A stretch of 64,000 bases of DNA, from positions 32,001 through 96,000 of the forward strand of contig CAXXHG010000038.1 in assembly GCA_963666315.2 (NCBI GenBank), written 5' to 3'. The DNA is from Candidatus Binatia bacterium (GTDB lineage Bacteria; Desulfobacterota; Binatia; Bin18). A program made the translations under genes and the position numbers. The notes under the pieces were generated by a model. That model saw only the letters and a program-made list of their open reading frames with translations. It was not told the origin of the DNA and ran no database searches. Of the stretch, positions 39,718 to 49,961 are shown piece after piece. Each line of letters opens with the position of its first letter. The stretch's first letter is position 1.

Positions 39718-40335
39718 TTATGCCGCCAGCCGTTCGCGCACGCGTACCAAACGCTCGGCGCCCCAAAAGAGTTCGCCGTTCACAATATAGCTCGGCACGC
39801 CGAACACGCCTGCCTTTTCGGCCTGGATCTGTATGTGGTCGTACTCTTGGCGGCCTTGGCCGCTGAGATAATCAAGAAATCCGCCGCTATCGATGCCGAC
39901 TTCTGTCAATACGCTTTGCAGGATCGTGGCGTCTTCGATGTCCAATTCACGCTTCCAGAATCGCTCGTACACGGTCTGATGATACGGCTGAAAATCGCCC
40001 TGCTGCTTGGCGTACAGCATAGCGATGTGACTGAGCGAGGAATCAAAAATTTTGCGTGGGCCACGAATAGTCAGCCCGCGTCGGGTCGCCTCACGCCGGC
40101 AGTCCATATAAGCATACTTCACTCGCCGCCACTGATGCGCATTGCGCTCTTCATCCACGACCTTGCCGGTCTCGTCCACCTGGGCCGAGCCGAGAAATTG
40201 GGGAATGTCCAAAGTGAGCGGAAGAAAATCCACACTGACGTCAAATTCCTTTTCCAGCTGAAAGGTGTCTTCTTGCGCCAAGTAGGCGTACGGGCTTTTA
40301 TAATCGAAATAATGCGTAAGAGTGGTAATGGCCAT
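39718..40335 (-). CDS. DsbA-like / 2-hydroxychromene-2-carboxylate isomerase family
   Basis: YFDYKSPYAYL, GVFGVPSY, ELFWGAER. Confidence 0.9.
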   Translation of the reverse strand: MAITTLTHYFDYKSPYAYLAQEDTFQLEKEFDVSVDFLPLTLDIPQFLGSAQVDETGKVVDEERNAHQWRRVKYAYMDCRREATRRGLTIRGPRKIFDSSLSHIAMLYAKQQGDFQPYHQTVYERFWKRELDIEDATILQSVLTEVGIDSGGFLDYLSGQGRQEYDHIQIQAEKAGVFGVPSYIVNGELFWGAERLVRVRERLAA

Positions 40336-40470
40336 GCGCGGTACTCCTGTCTTTTTGTAACAGCTCGAACCTAACGCATTCATCGATAGCGCTGCAAGGG
40401 AGACGCGGGGCGAAGCCGCGACCTTGCCTCCTGTCCAAATACCATTCATACAAGACTAGGGGAGCAAGTC

Positions 40471-41703
40471 ATGCAGAAGCAATGCGTAAAGGCGACAGCA
40501 CACAAAGCTCGCAAACGCTATCCACGCGTCGGCTCTCATGCAGAGCTCGTGCGGAGGGCTGAGGAGTTAGTACCGATTCTGCGCCAGCGCGCACCGCATA
40601 CTGATGAAATACGACGCCTGCCGGATGACACCCGGCATGATCTTCGGGCATCTGGTGTCGCGCGTATCCTCCAACCGTCCCGCTATGGCGGCTGTGAGGC
40701 CCATTTGTCCGGCATGGTGGATATTCTGACCACGATAGGCAGAGGGTGTGGCTCGACTGCTTGGTGTCTGGCTCAATACATTGGTCATAATTTTATGGTC
40801 GCCCAGTGGCCTGAACGTGCCCAAGAAGAAGTCTGGGGGACAAGTCCACAAAATCTGCTGAGTGGTATTCTCATTCCGCTGCTGGGCAACGTGCGCAGAG
40901 TGCGGGGTGGGTATGTGCTGTCCGGCCAGTTTCCGTTTGTGAGCGGCGTCACGACATGCGACTGGTGCCTGTTCGCTGGTATGGTGGAAAACGGATCGGG
41001 CGGAAAGCCGGAAGAGCGCTATTTTATCCTACCCCAGGGGAAATTTGAAATCCTGGATACCTGGGATGCCATCGGGCTGCGCGGATCGGCCAGCCATGAT
41101 GTCAAGGCGGATAACGTTTTTATTCCAACCCATATGACATTACCGATTAAACACCTCAAGGGTGGAGACAAGAGCCCGGGCCGGAAGGTCAACCGCGGGA
41201 CGCTGTACCGTTCGCCGAGCTATATGACGTTTGGCATTTTGATCTCCAGCGCATCAGTCGGCATTGCTGATGGTATTGTCCGAGACTACGTCGAGCAGGT
41301 GAAAAGTCGCGTGGCACTCATGTCCGGCCAGGGCCTCCACGATCAGGTGCTGCAACACACCAAAATTTCAGAAGCCACCATAGCAGTGGAAGCGGCCAAG
41401 GCACTGCTGTACAAAAACTGCGACGAGATTATGCAGATACTCGGAGCCGGGGATTTGCCGACACACGAACAGCGCACCAAATATCGTACGGCTGGCGCAT
41501 ATGCTGGCAAGCTGGCGTTTCAGGCTGCGAATTTGATTTGGGACGCTGGCGGGGGACGCGGCGTGTATATGAACAATCCGATTGCGCGTGCGTATCGCGA
41601 CATATGCACTGCCACGCGTCATTTTACCCATAGCTGGGATGTCAATGGTGCAACCCACGGGCGGGTCATAGTCGGTCTGCCGCTGGATAATCCAGCTCTG
41701 TAA
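40471..41703 (+). CDS. Flavin-dependent monooxygenase of the acyl-CoA dehydrogenase superfamily (HsaA-like)
   Basis: PSRYGG, GCGSTAW, FVSG, DTWDAIGLRGSASHD, IARAYRD. Confidence 0.88.
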   Translation: MQKQCVKATAHKARKRYPRVGSHAELVRRAEELVPILRQRAPHTDEIRRLPDDTRHDLRASGVARILQPSRYGGCEAHLSGMVDILTTIGRGCGSTAWCLAQYIGHNFMVAQWPERAQEEVWGTSPQNLLSGILIPLLGNVRRVRGGYVLSGQFPFVSGVTTCDWCLFAGMVENGSGGKPEERYFILPQGKFEILDTWDAIGLRGSASHDVKADNVFIPTHMTLPIKHLKGGDKSPGRKVNRGTLYRSPSYMTFGILISSASVGIADGIVRDYVEQVKSRVALMSGQGLHDQVLQHTKISEATIAVEAAKALLYKNCDEIMQILGAGDLPTHEQRTKYRTAGAYAGKLAFQAANLIWDAGGGRGVYMNNPIARAYRDICTATRHFTHSWDVNGATHGRVIVGLPLDNPAL

Positions 41704-41849
41704 GTGGACAAGATGCCCTCCCTGGCGTAGTGGGCATCCTTACCCGAGGACATCCTGAGCACCTTCGAAGGCAAATTAAGTTCTTCCTTAAAAACTTAAT
41801 AAGGCGAGATAATTTGACATATTACTTCAGATTATCTCGATAATCAGGA

Positions 41850-43010
41850 GTGACTTCCCTATTATCCAACTATAAAAGAACTCTTCAGGTCTCCCTAGAA
41901 GACCATCAAGCCGCCTTTCTGTGGGGGCCGCGCAAGGTCGGGAAGACGACTCTCCTGCATCAGCAGTTTCCCTCTGCCAAGTTTTACGACCTGCTGAATA
42001 CTGATCTCAAAACACAGCTGATGTTACGCCCGGCGCTCTTGAGTGAAGAAGTGCTGGCCAGTCAGTATCCGCTGGTGATTGTTGACGAAGTCCAAAAAGT
42101 CCCAGCGCTCCTCGATGAGGTGCATTGGTGTATTGAAAACACGCCAACCCAGTTCATCCCGTGTGGCTCGAGCCCATGCAAACTGAAACGTGGGGCCGCG
42201 AATTTACTTGGCGGACGGGGGTGGCGGTTTGAGCTGTTTCCTCTGACCATACAGGAAATAGGAGCATACGATCTGGAACGGATCGTGAATCACGGTCTCA
42301 TTCCGCAGCACTATACAGCCAAAAAGCCAGAACGGAGCTTGCGTGGCTATGTCGTGGACTATCTCGAAGAGGAAATCCGGGCTGAGGCGCTGACACGCAA
42401 TATCCCGGCATTTGCTCAGTTTCTTGAAGCGGCCAGTCTGACGCATGGACAACTGCTGAATTATACGAATGTTGCGCGGGACTGCGGGGTGAGTGCGAAG
42501 ACCGTGCGTGAGTACTATCACATCTTAGAAGACACCCTCTTGGGCCATACTCTAGAGCCCTGGAGGAAACGGAAGGACCGCCGGCTTATTGAGACTGCGA
42601 AATTCTATCTCTTTGATCCAGGTGTCGCGCGCGCGTTAGCGGGAATGCGTCAGATCCAGGCTGGGAGCAGCGAGTTTGGTTATGCGTTCGAGCACTTTTT
42701 GTTGGAAGAGGTACGCGCGTATCTGAGCTATACGGAACAGTATCGCCCGGTGTCGTTTTGGCGCACGAGTATGGGTCTTGAAGTTGACGTCATAGTCGGA
42801 GACTTAGAGCTGGCCATTGAATGCAAGGCGGTTCCCCAGGTGGATGAACGCCATACCAAAGGGTTGCGAGCCCTGATGGAAGACCAGACGGTGAAACGGG
42901 CCATGGTCGTCAGCCTGGACGCCGCGCCGCGCCAGCTCGCTCGCGGCATTACTGTGTATCCATGGTCGGTCTTTTATCAGAAATTATGGGCCGGGGATTT
43001 GGGCGTATAG
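41850..43010 (+). CDS. AAA_14/DUF4143 ATP-binding protein with C-terminal PD-(D/E)xK motif
   Basis: GPRKVGKTT, DEVQK, KFYLFDPGV, EVDVI..AIECK. Confidence 0.88.
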   Translation: MTSLLSNYKRTLQVSLEDHQAAFLWGPRKVGKTTLLHQQFPSAKFYDLLNTDLKTQLMLRPALLSEEVLASQYPLVIVDEVQKVPALLDEVHWCIENTPTQFIPCGSSPCKLKRGAANLLGGRGWRFELFPLTIQEIGAYDLERIVNHGLIPQHYTAKKPERSLRGYVVDYLEEEIRAEALTRNIPAFAQFLEAASLTHGQLLNYTNVARDCGVSAKTVREYYHILEDTLLGHTLEPWRKRKDRRLIETAKFYLFDPGVARALAGMRQIQAGSSEFGYAFEHFLLEEVRAYLSYTEQYRPVSFWRTSMGLEVDVIVGDLELAIECKAVPQVDERHTKGLRALMEDQTVKRAMVVSLDAAPRQLARGITVYPWSVFYQKLWAGDLGV

Positions 43011-43477
43011 GAGCACTCCGCCGGCGACAGCGGGCAAGTACAGGGAAGTAATGGAGTCAGCGATTCAAGACGATCGGGAGACGGAAGCGCTGCGTTTGGC
43101 TCCGGTCGTACAGCGGGTATCCTTGAAAACAGATCTGTTAATCGAGTCTGCCCGGTCTGCCGCTGGATGATCCAACTCTGTCAATGGAGCAGGAGGAGTC
43201 CTCCCCGGCGTAGTGGATATCCTGCGGTAGCGAGAGCTGGGCTGGTGTCATTCCCGCCAATTCATCTCTGAGAGTAATGGCGCGCTGGCCTACCCTAAAC
43301 GGTATAAGTGGTCTCGGACACCGTTGCCCATTCGGGCGATTATGTCAGACTCTATGGCCGTCTGACGACCGCCTGGGGTGGGTGCCTGAGGCTCGTCATT
43401 CGTCATTTCGCTTGAAAAATCAGGGCAGTGTAGTGTGAGTGGTATGGCTGGTATTTCACTTGCTTTTTACTCGGAGC

Positions 43478-43885
43478 ATGCCGCCTCTGAAATTTCTTTT
43501 CCTGATTTTCGGCTGTCTACTTTCTCTGAACTGGGCATCATTCTCAGACGCAGCGGCAGACGCAGCGAGTCCTACGAGGATACGCGTCCCTATGGCTCGC
43601 GTGGACACGCTTGATGAGAGGCTGCTGTGTAGCGTGACAAATACGCATAAGACCAAGACGGTGAGTGACACGCTGTATCTCGATGGCAATGATATACTGT
43701 TGCCGCCAACCCCGTTAGCCCCGGGCCAAACCCTATCCTTGGCTCTGAGCGGGGAACCGACCCAGGATCGACCCGGCTATTGTGAGGCTCAGATCTGGGG
43801 CTCTCCGCACTGGGTTGATGTGATCCTCGAAATCCACCCGCAAAACATGACTGCTCTCCTGCCTGAGGATGTAATTGTGAAGTAA
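43478..43885 (+). CDS. Hypothetical secreted protein
   Basis: Signal peptide and a Cys pair; strong terminator follows. Confidence 0.55.
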   Translation: MPPLKFLFLIFGCLLSLNWASFSDAAADAASPTRIRVPMARVDTLDERLLCSVTNTHKTKTVSDTLYLDGNDILLPPTPLAPGQTLSLALSGEPTQDRPGYCEAQIWGSPHWVDVILEIHPQNMTALLPEDVIVK

Positions 43886-43951
43886 GGTTACGTACTCTCT
43901 CGTAGTGTTGTTCCTCCCCTAGCTGTGTGCACACGGTGTCGTACGGCAGAG

Positions 43952-43987
43952 ACCGAGGCAGGTTGTGTGTCCTGCCTCGGTTTTTTT
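43952..43987 (+). terminator. Intrinsic terminator
   Basis: accgaggcagg-ttgtgtgt-cctgcctcggt followed by a T run. Confidence 0.8.
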
Positions 43988-44099
43988 GTTTGCAGTTTGC
44001 GCACGCGTTTCACACGAGACAGCCCAAGGCCGACACTTTCATGCTGTCGTGTTGACAAGCCATCTTCCTAGCCGGGAAATCAAGGAATCAAGTATCTTT

Positions 44100-44804
44100 T
44101 TAGCTGCTAAGAATGGACTGTGTAGCCTGCTGTTTCCAGACGAGCCGGAGCACGAAGATTGCTGTCAAGACAAGGACATCCAGGCAGACATGGATGGCGG
44201 TCTGCATCTCGACGGATGCAACGTGTACGGTTGTGCCTAGTTGGACGAGAAACTCCGGCGCGTCGGGCTGATGGGCTGCGTGCTGCAGCAGCCTGTCTAG
44301 AATATATTGCTGCTGGTGTAAACTCGCGAGCTGGGTCCAATGGCCGTAGGCGAAAAAGACAAAGATCAGAGCACAGCCTGGAAAGAGGAGGCCTACTGTC
44401 CGAGACCCCCTGGGCAAATAGGCGAGCAAAGTGAGCAAGACTAGCAGCCCCAGGCTGACAACACTAAAGAGCAGCCATAACTGTCGGGCTGTCGTGGATT
44501 GCTGAAAAAATAAGAGCAGGATGTTCTGTTCCGTGACGATGGCCTGAGGGTTGAGACCGATTTGAGGCGGATCGATAGAAGGGTCTATGCCGAGCTCTGT
44601 TAGCGTATGGCCGGCCTCATCGACAAGACGAAAGCTCGCATCTGTGGGGGTCTTAGGTTTGTCAAATTCGACCGCCTCAACCGTCTCGGCTGCCTCAACC
44701 GGGCTGCTGTTAGCACTCCAGCAGAATAGGTCGGGTAGGCCGATCAGGACAGTCAGCAGAACCGTCGGCACTAGAGCTGGGTGTGGTATTGTACGTATCT
44801 GCAT
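44100..44804 (-). CDS. Hypothetical membrane protein
   Basis: Long ORF with 3-4 hydrophobic segments; start uncertain. Confidence 0.5.
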   Translation of the reverse strand: MQIRTIPHPALVPTVLLTVLIGLPDLFCWSANSSPVEAAETVEAVEFDKPKTPTDASFRLVDEAGHTLTELGIDPSIDPPQIGLNPQAIVTEQNILLLFFQQSTTARQLWLLFSVVSLGLLVLLTLLAYLPRGSRTVGLLFPGCALIFVFFAYGHWTQLASLHQQQYILDRLLQHAAHQPDAPEFLVQLGTTVHVASVEMQTAIHVCLDVLVLTAIFVLRLVWKQQATQSILSS

Positions 44805-44852
44805 GGGCGTTAGTCTATAATCCCTCCTTTCTTTGTGCCAGAAGCGCAGCAT

Positions 44853-45095
44853 TCATGCTGGATCGTCGCCAGCCCGATAGATTTCGTAGCTGTAGTTACG
44901 AATGCGTCCGCTCTCGAAATCGATGAGTTCCCAGACATTCAGGATCACCGCGCTGTCGAAGCTTATCTGTCCTTCGAGCTTAGCGAGTGCAGCACCGATG
45001 GGGGCGAGCACTAATGTTGAGTGCTGGATGTTTGCATAACGCTCTGGCAGCGAGTAAATGAGTTCACTATAGGTCTGAAAATCTCGTATGGACAC
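44853..45095 (-). pseudogene. DUF6516-like toxin N-terminal fragment
   Basis: LEGQISF...LNVWELIDF..GRIRNYSYE, then an abrupt stop before the usual YD...PHH region. Confidence 0.5.
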
Positions 45096-45212
45096 TACGA
45101 CGCTCCGCTGGTCGCGCTTTCGGGAACCAGATGGAGAGCACCAAGGCCCGCTTTCACACGCAGCTTGCGTAGATCTAAGTGCCTATCGGAATAACCATAG
45201 GCGCCCGGTTCT

Positions 45213-45283
45213 GTCATTCTGAGCGCAGCGAAGAATCTCTCCCAAGGCGTGGAGGTGAGATGTTGCGCTGCGCTCAACATGCC
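45213..45283. repeat. REP-like palindrome
   Basis: GTCATTCTGAGCGCAGCGAAGAATCTC...GAGATGTTGCGCTGCGCTCAACATGCC, same architecture as 36719-36793. Confidence 0.8.
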
Positions 45284-45395
45284 CAAGGCTTCTTGTTTGA
45301 GCATGCCGGCGCTAGCAATCCAGTGACTCAGCCCTCGCACTCGACGATTCTGACTGGGACGTATCCGCTAGTGCATGGGGTGCTCGACCGTATAC
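45284..45395 (+). pseudogene. Sulfatase-family fragment
   Basis: GFLFEHA...PVTQPSHSTILTGTYPLVHGV matches the sulfatase signature region. Confidence 0.55.
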
Positions 45396-45690
45396 ATGTG
45401 CTGGGGGAGATAGGTATCTTGTGATCCGCGGAACAAGAGCGAAAATGGATCTCGGCGGATATAGTCGGGGTCGTCATCTGTCGCATAGGCGGGCAGCGCC
45501 TTGGCCTCAATCAGCTCCACTGCCAGCGTATGTTGCTGCGCATTTTCCTGTGCATTTTCCTCATGAACGATAATCCGAGACGTTTTGCCAATAGCCTCTG
45601 CAAACAGAGCCAGATTGATCTTGCTCGGGTCGATCATTATGTCCATCCTTGTGTACGGAAAAATATCACCTGAAGTGTATTGATGAGGCG

Positions 45691-46893
45691 TTAGGCTGCT
45701 TTGAGTGCTAACGGCAGGCGATCAAAGCCGAAGATAATATAGCTGGTTGTTTGCCGTTCGGCGGGCGCTGTGCCGCGGGTCAAAACCGGAAAACGATCCA
45801 AAAAAGCGTTGAGTGTGATCTTGGTTTCGACGCGAGCCAACGGAGCACCTAAGCAATAGTGTATACCTGATCCAAACGCGACGTGATGCCGCAGGTCTCG
45901 ATCAAGCCGGAATGCATCCGGCTCAGGAAAGGCTGCGGGATCGCGGTTTGCCGCGCCGTAAAAAAGCGTGATGCGATCTCCCTGGGCGATAGACTGACCC
46001 GAGACCTCAACATCCCGTGCGGCCACCCGGAACAGCCGCTGCACCGGACTCGTAAAGCGCAAGGTTTCTTCAATCACCGGCTCTACCAGGCTGCGGTCAG
46101 CGCGTAGCTGTTGCCATAATTCCGGTCGGTCAGCCAGCAGGTTGAGCAGATTGCCCAAGAGGCTGGTGGTTGTTTCATTGCCGGCTATCAGCAGTAATAT
46201 GCAAAAGCCCAAGATCTCCCACTCCTGCAGCGACTCCCCCTCGACCTCCGCTTCCACCAGAGCGGTGATCAAATCCGGCGCTCCCTGCTCGCGCCGGACG
46301 GCGGCTATCTTGCCAAAATAAGCCACCATATCCTGCAGGTGTGTGGTCCGCTGCTCGTCGTTGCTCATGGGTTTGACCGAGAGAAAGGCATCCGACCACT
46401 GTTTAAAGGTCACGTAGTCTTCGCCCGGAATACCCAAGAGCCGAGCAATGACCTTGACCGGCAGGGGGACGGTGTAGGCCTCAATGACCTCAACGTCTCC
46501 ACACGGCATGACATCCAGAAGATCGCGGGCGACCTGAGTGATCCACGGGCTTAGTTCCTCGGTTCGTTTGAAGGTAAACGCCTGGTTGACTAGACGCCGG
46601 AAGCGCGTATGGCGGGGCGGGTCATCCTGCAGCAAAACCAGTGGTGGGCCGAATTGGCCGGCCATCGAGCTTTGGGATGAAAAGGTCGCGTGATCGCGCA
46701 ACGCGCCGTACACATCCGCATAGCGCAGGAAACCCCACGACTTAAGCCCAGTCTCAGCCCCAGCGACACTGCGGGCCGGCAGGCTCGTATAACGAACGGG
46801 CGACTCATCCCGCAACGCATGGTAGAGCGGGTAGGGGTCGGCCAGCATGGCTTTGGTCATGAGCTGCTCTGGTGTAGACAGATTCGTTGGCAT
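45691..46893 (-). CDS. Cytochrome P450
   Basis: DPPRHTRFR, AGNETT, EETLR, AANRDP, FGSGIHYCLG. Confidence 0.95.
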   Translation of the reverse strand: MPTNLSTPEQLMTKAMLADPYPLYHALRDESPVRYTSLPARSVAGAETGLKSWGFLRYADVYGALRDHATFSSQSSMAGQFGPPLVLLQDDPPRHTRFRRLVNQAFTFKRTEELSPWITQVARDLLDVMPCGDVEVIEAYTVPLPVKVIARLLGIPGEDYVTFKQWSDAFLSVKPMSNDEQRTTHLQDMVAYFGKIAAVRREQGAPDLITALVEAEVEGESLQEWEILGFCILLLIAGNETTTSLLGNLLNLLADRPELWQQLRADRSLVEPVIEETLRFTSPVQRLFRVAARDVEVSGQSIAQGDRITLFYGAANRDPAAFPEPDAFRLDRDLRHHVAFGSGIHYCLGAPLARVETKITLNAFLDRFPVLTRGTAPAERQTTSYIIFGFDRLPLALKAA

Positions 46894-46914
46894 GGCGATT
46901 CTCCGCGCGGGTGC

Positions 46915-47802
46915 TTACAGTCCGTCCAGGATTTTCGCCCGCTTTTTTGCGTACTCCGCGTCAGACAGATAGCCTTTGTCGCGCAAACGCCCCACCTCGT
47001 CCAAACGTTCTTCGGTGGACACGTATTGTACCGCAAGGCCGGAGGCGAACGCGCTCCCGTCGGTCCGTGTTTTATACCGGGCCTTGATAATCGCGTCGAC
47101 CTGATTGCCGTATTTGCTGAGCGCATGCTCACTCAGTTTATTAAACAAGCCCGTGCGGCTCGTATCCGCCTCGTCACCCTTGAACCAGGATGTGGGTGCC
47201 TCCCACAGTGTCTGGGTCAGCGTTTTTTCCTTGAGCTTGACACTTGCCCGGACTTTGCCCAGCTTCCGATACGGCCGCACGGGCGTCCCGGCAGTGACTA
47301 CCACGTCGGCGGGTGCTTTTTTGCCGGAGTAGTCCCGTTGCCGCTGTGCGATTTTCACCGCCTGCTTAGGCGGTTCATAGTGCGTTGTGACAGTGGCCTT
47401 GAGAGGGGCGAGCAACCGTTCCGGCAGGGCGGCCATCCCGGTTCCGACCAAAATGGTGCTCCCGCCATCGGGGGCACTTTCAATGAAGACGTTTTGCTCT
47501 GAGCGTCCGGGCGGCTCGTTCGGGTCGCGCACTGTGACGATCCAGCGTCCGTCGTTTTTTACCGCCTTTTGCTTGGGCGCCCAGCCTTCGGCTTTAGCCG
47601 TTTTGATAAGCAGCGCTGCCAGTTGTTGGGGTGGGGGCGAGAAGTGGGCAGTCTTTGACACAGCGTCCAGTTGCCCCTCGTCCTTGAGGGCTGAAGCGGA
47701 TGTGCCGGGACTCGACAATTTCGGAATGATGCTCTTACTGCATCCCGGCACACTCAGCAGGAGGAGCGAGACACAGAAATAAACCAAAACCATACGGATC
47801 AT
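46915..47802 (-). CDS. Lipoprotein with C-terminal SHOCT domain
   Basis: Lipobox VPGC; EERLDEVGRLRDKGYLSDAEYAKKRAKIL. Confidence 0.75.
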   Translation of the reverse strand: MIRMVLVYFCVSLLLLSVPGCSKSIIPKLSSPGTSASALKDEGQLDAVSKTAHFSPPPQQLAALLIKTAKAEGWAPKQKAVKNDGRWIVTVRDPNEPPGRSEQNVFIESAPDGGSTILVGTGMAALPERLLAPLKATVTTHYEPPKQAVKIAQRQRDYSGKKAPADVVVTAGTPVRPYRKLGKVRASVKLKEKTLTQTLWEAPTSWFKGDEADTSRTGLFNKLSEHALSKYGNQVDAIIKARYKTRTDGSAFASGLAVQYVSTEERLDEVGRLRDKGYLSDAEYAKKRAKILDGL

Positions 47803-48026
47803 CCTTTCTCTCTTATCGTTCGTGTTGTGTTCGTCGTATCCCCTCTCAGTGGTGGGGGAGACGTGGCCCCGATTCTATGGCAAGTGGAGGACGGGGACAA
47901 CTCGGGCGGGCTACGCCGATTGCCGCAGACCGGATCTTGGGTCAGTTCCGTCACGAATGGGGAGGTTGGGAGCTGTCACGCGGGAAGATGGCATTCCGAG
48001 AGACGATGTATCGTGAGAGGAGGTTA

Positions 48027-48683
48027 ATGAGGATGGGCAAATATATGGGGCAATTCCTGACCATGCTCGTGCTGCTCGTGCTGTTTCTGGTGCTGCCTAG
48101 GCAGGCGTATACGCAGGAGAGCGAACAACTATCCCAGAGCGTGCAGGAGAAGAGAGACCAAAGACAGCGCTTCTTGCAGCTGTCACCAGGGGAGCGGCTG
48201 GCATGGGCGATGGGCGACATTACGGTTGAGAGCCTGAATGGGCTGTGGATTTTTTCAACCTCATCGAAAGCGATCATCAATCGCTACGAGTTGACGAAGC
48301 TGCATGAGGACGGGCCTATTCTGTTTTTGGAAGGCATAGATCTTGATGAAGGGACGCCCGTGGTGCTATTCCACCACTCGGCCGTGGAAGACATCGATAA
48401 GAAAAATGCGTTTGTATTAATCGATCCGGACGAAGAGGGCTGCGACGTCTTTTTTTTATATCGATCCAAGCCGCATTCGGCTAAAGGTGAGCACTATCGT
48501 TCGGAGACGCAGTGTCAAGCTATAGCTGGACAGGCGGAAATGCTCACTGCCGGTCGCAATCCGAAGTCGTTTCGCAAGCCAGGCCAAACACAGGTAAAGC
48601 GGCCCGCGGCTGAAAAAACACCAGCCCAGTCAGCGGAGACGACAGACACGGACGCCGAGGGTCAAACTGGAGAGTCAAACTGA
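48027..48683 (+). CDS. Hypothetical secreted protein
   Basis: GAGGAGG RBS, signal peptide, low-complexity tail. Confidence 0.55.
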   Translation: MRMGKYMGQFLTMLVLLVLFLVLPRQAYTQESEQLSQSVQEKRDQRQRFLQLSPGERLAWAMGDITVESLNGLWIFSTSSKAIINRYELTKLHEDGPILFLEGIDLDEGTPVVLFHHSAVEDIDKKNAFVLIDPDEEGCDVFFLYRSKPHSAKGEHYRSETQCQAIAGQAEMLTAGRNPKSFRKPGQTQVKRPAAEKTPAQSAETTDTDAEGQTGESN

Positions 48684-49179
48684 CTGCTGCCGAGGAGCCA
48701 CCCACCCCATGCTGCCTATTACTCCTCCAGGAAACCTGTACAGAACCTCCGCGCAGGGGAGCTGCGAAGTTTTCCGCTATACGGGACTATTCTCTGTGTT
48801 CGCTGCAGCGGCGTCATTCTGGTCCGAGATAGGCGCTGCTGGCTGCTGCGATTGTGGTCCGAGTTCCCGTCTCTTTGTGCCTGAAAGAAAATTTGAGCTT
48901 TTGGACGAACTCAGCCCGAATATGCGTGGCGAGTGTACGTTTTGACGTGCCGAAATCTTGCTGGTCGGCCAGTTTGTCTAACACGGATTTGAGTAAGCCT
49001 GCCAGTCCGCCAAGAATATCCTCGAATTGCTTGCCAGCAGAATGAGCTGAATCAGCTAAAGCAGATTGTCAGACTTGCTCGCGCGGCAACTGCGTCTCCC
49101 GGGTCTCCTTGACGAGATTGTCAATGAATTGATTGGTGCTTTCGGCTGTAATAGGCGTTTGTCCCGGAGCGAGTGACTC

Positions 49180-49912
49180 AGAGACCGGGCTCGAAGTTGT
49201 CACCCAGATGAAGGCACATCCGCAGCTGGCTAGGAGTCCAGTCATCATGCAAACCGGGGCTACGGCAACGGAACAAGTCGTTGAGGGGATACAGGCCGGA
49301 GTATCTTACTATCTCACCAAACCGTTTGAGCCTGAGGTCTTGCTGTCCCTCATACAGGCGGCATCACGGGACGCGGCTGATGTCGATGCGTTGCAGGCCG
49401 AAGTCCGCACGTATCAGTCTATGCTCGAACTCGTAGAGCAAAGTGACTTTAGCTTTCGTACTCTGGCACAAGCCCATGCCTTGGCCGCATTTTTGTCTGC
49501 CTTCTCTCCTGATCCTGAACGGGTTGTGCTGGGATTGTTGGAGATGCTGCTCAATGCCGTAGAGCACGGGAATGTTGAGATTACGTACGAGGAAAAGACC
49601 CGTCTGGTGGCGGAGGGAACGTGGGAGCAAGAAGTGCTGTGGCGCCTTGCTTTGCCTGAGAACGCGGACAAAAAAGTGCACGTTCATTATGAAAAGACAC
49701 CACACGAAATCCTGCTCAGTATCACGGATGAGGGCCAGGGGTTTGACTGGGCGCGGTATCTTGATCTTTCGCTGGAGCGGGCGAACCACTCTCACGGGCG
49801 CGGCATAGCCATGTCTAAGATGCTAAGCTTCCACGAGATTCTCTATCTGGGCTGTGGCAATCAGGTTGTGTGCAAAGTCAATTTGGCGCGAGACGAAGAA
49901 GTCGAATCGTAG
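49180..49912 (+). pseudogene. Response regulator-HATPase_c (RsbW-like) fusion, 5'-truncated
   Basis: Begins mid-receiver (GLEVV...PVIMQT...YLTKPF) with no phospho-Asp region; EMLLNAVEHGN, ITDEGQGFD, HGRGI. Confidence 0.75.
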
Positions 49913-49961
49913 TGCTCAAGCCCGGTGGACAGGCCACCCAATCGTCCACGCTGCCGAGTAT

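Noticed and set aside
48700-49180. Possible gene remnant upstream of the truncated response regulator
   Set aside because: No frame gives a recognisable protein; left unannotated.
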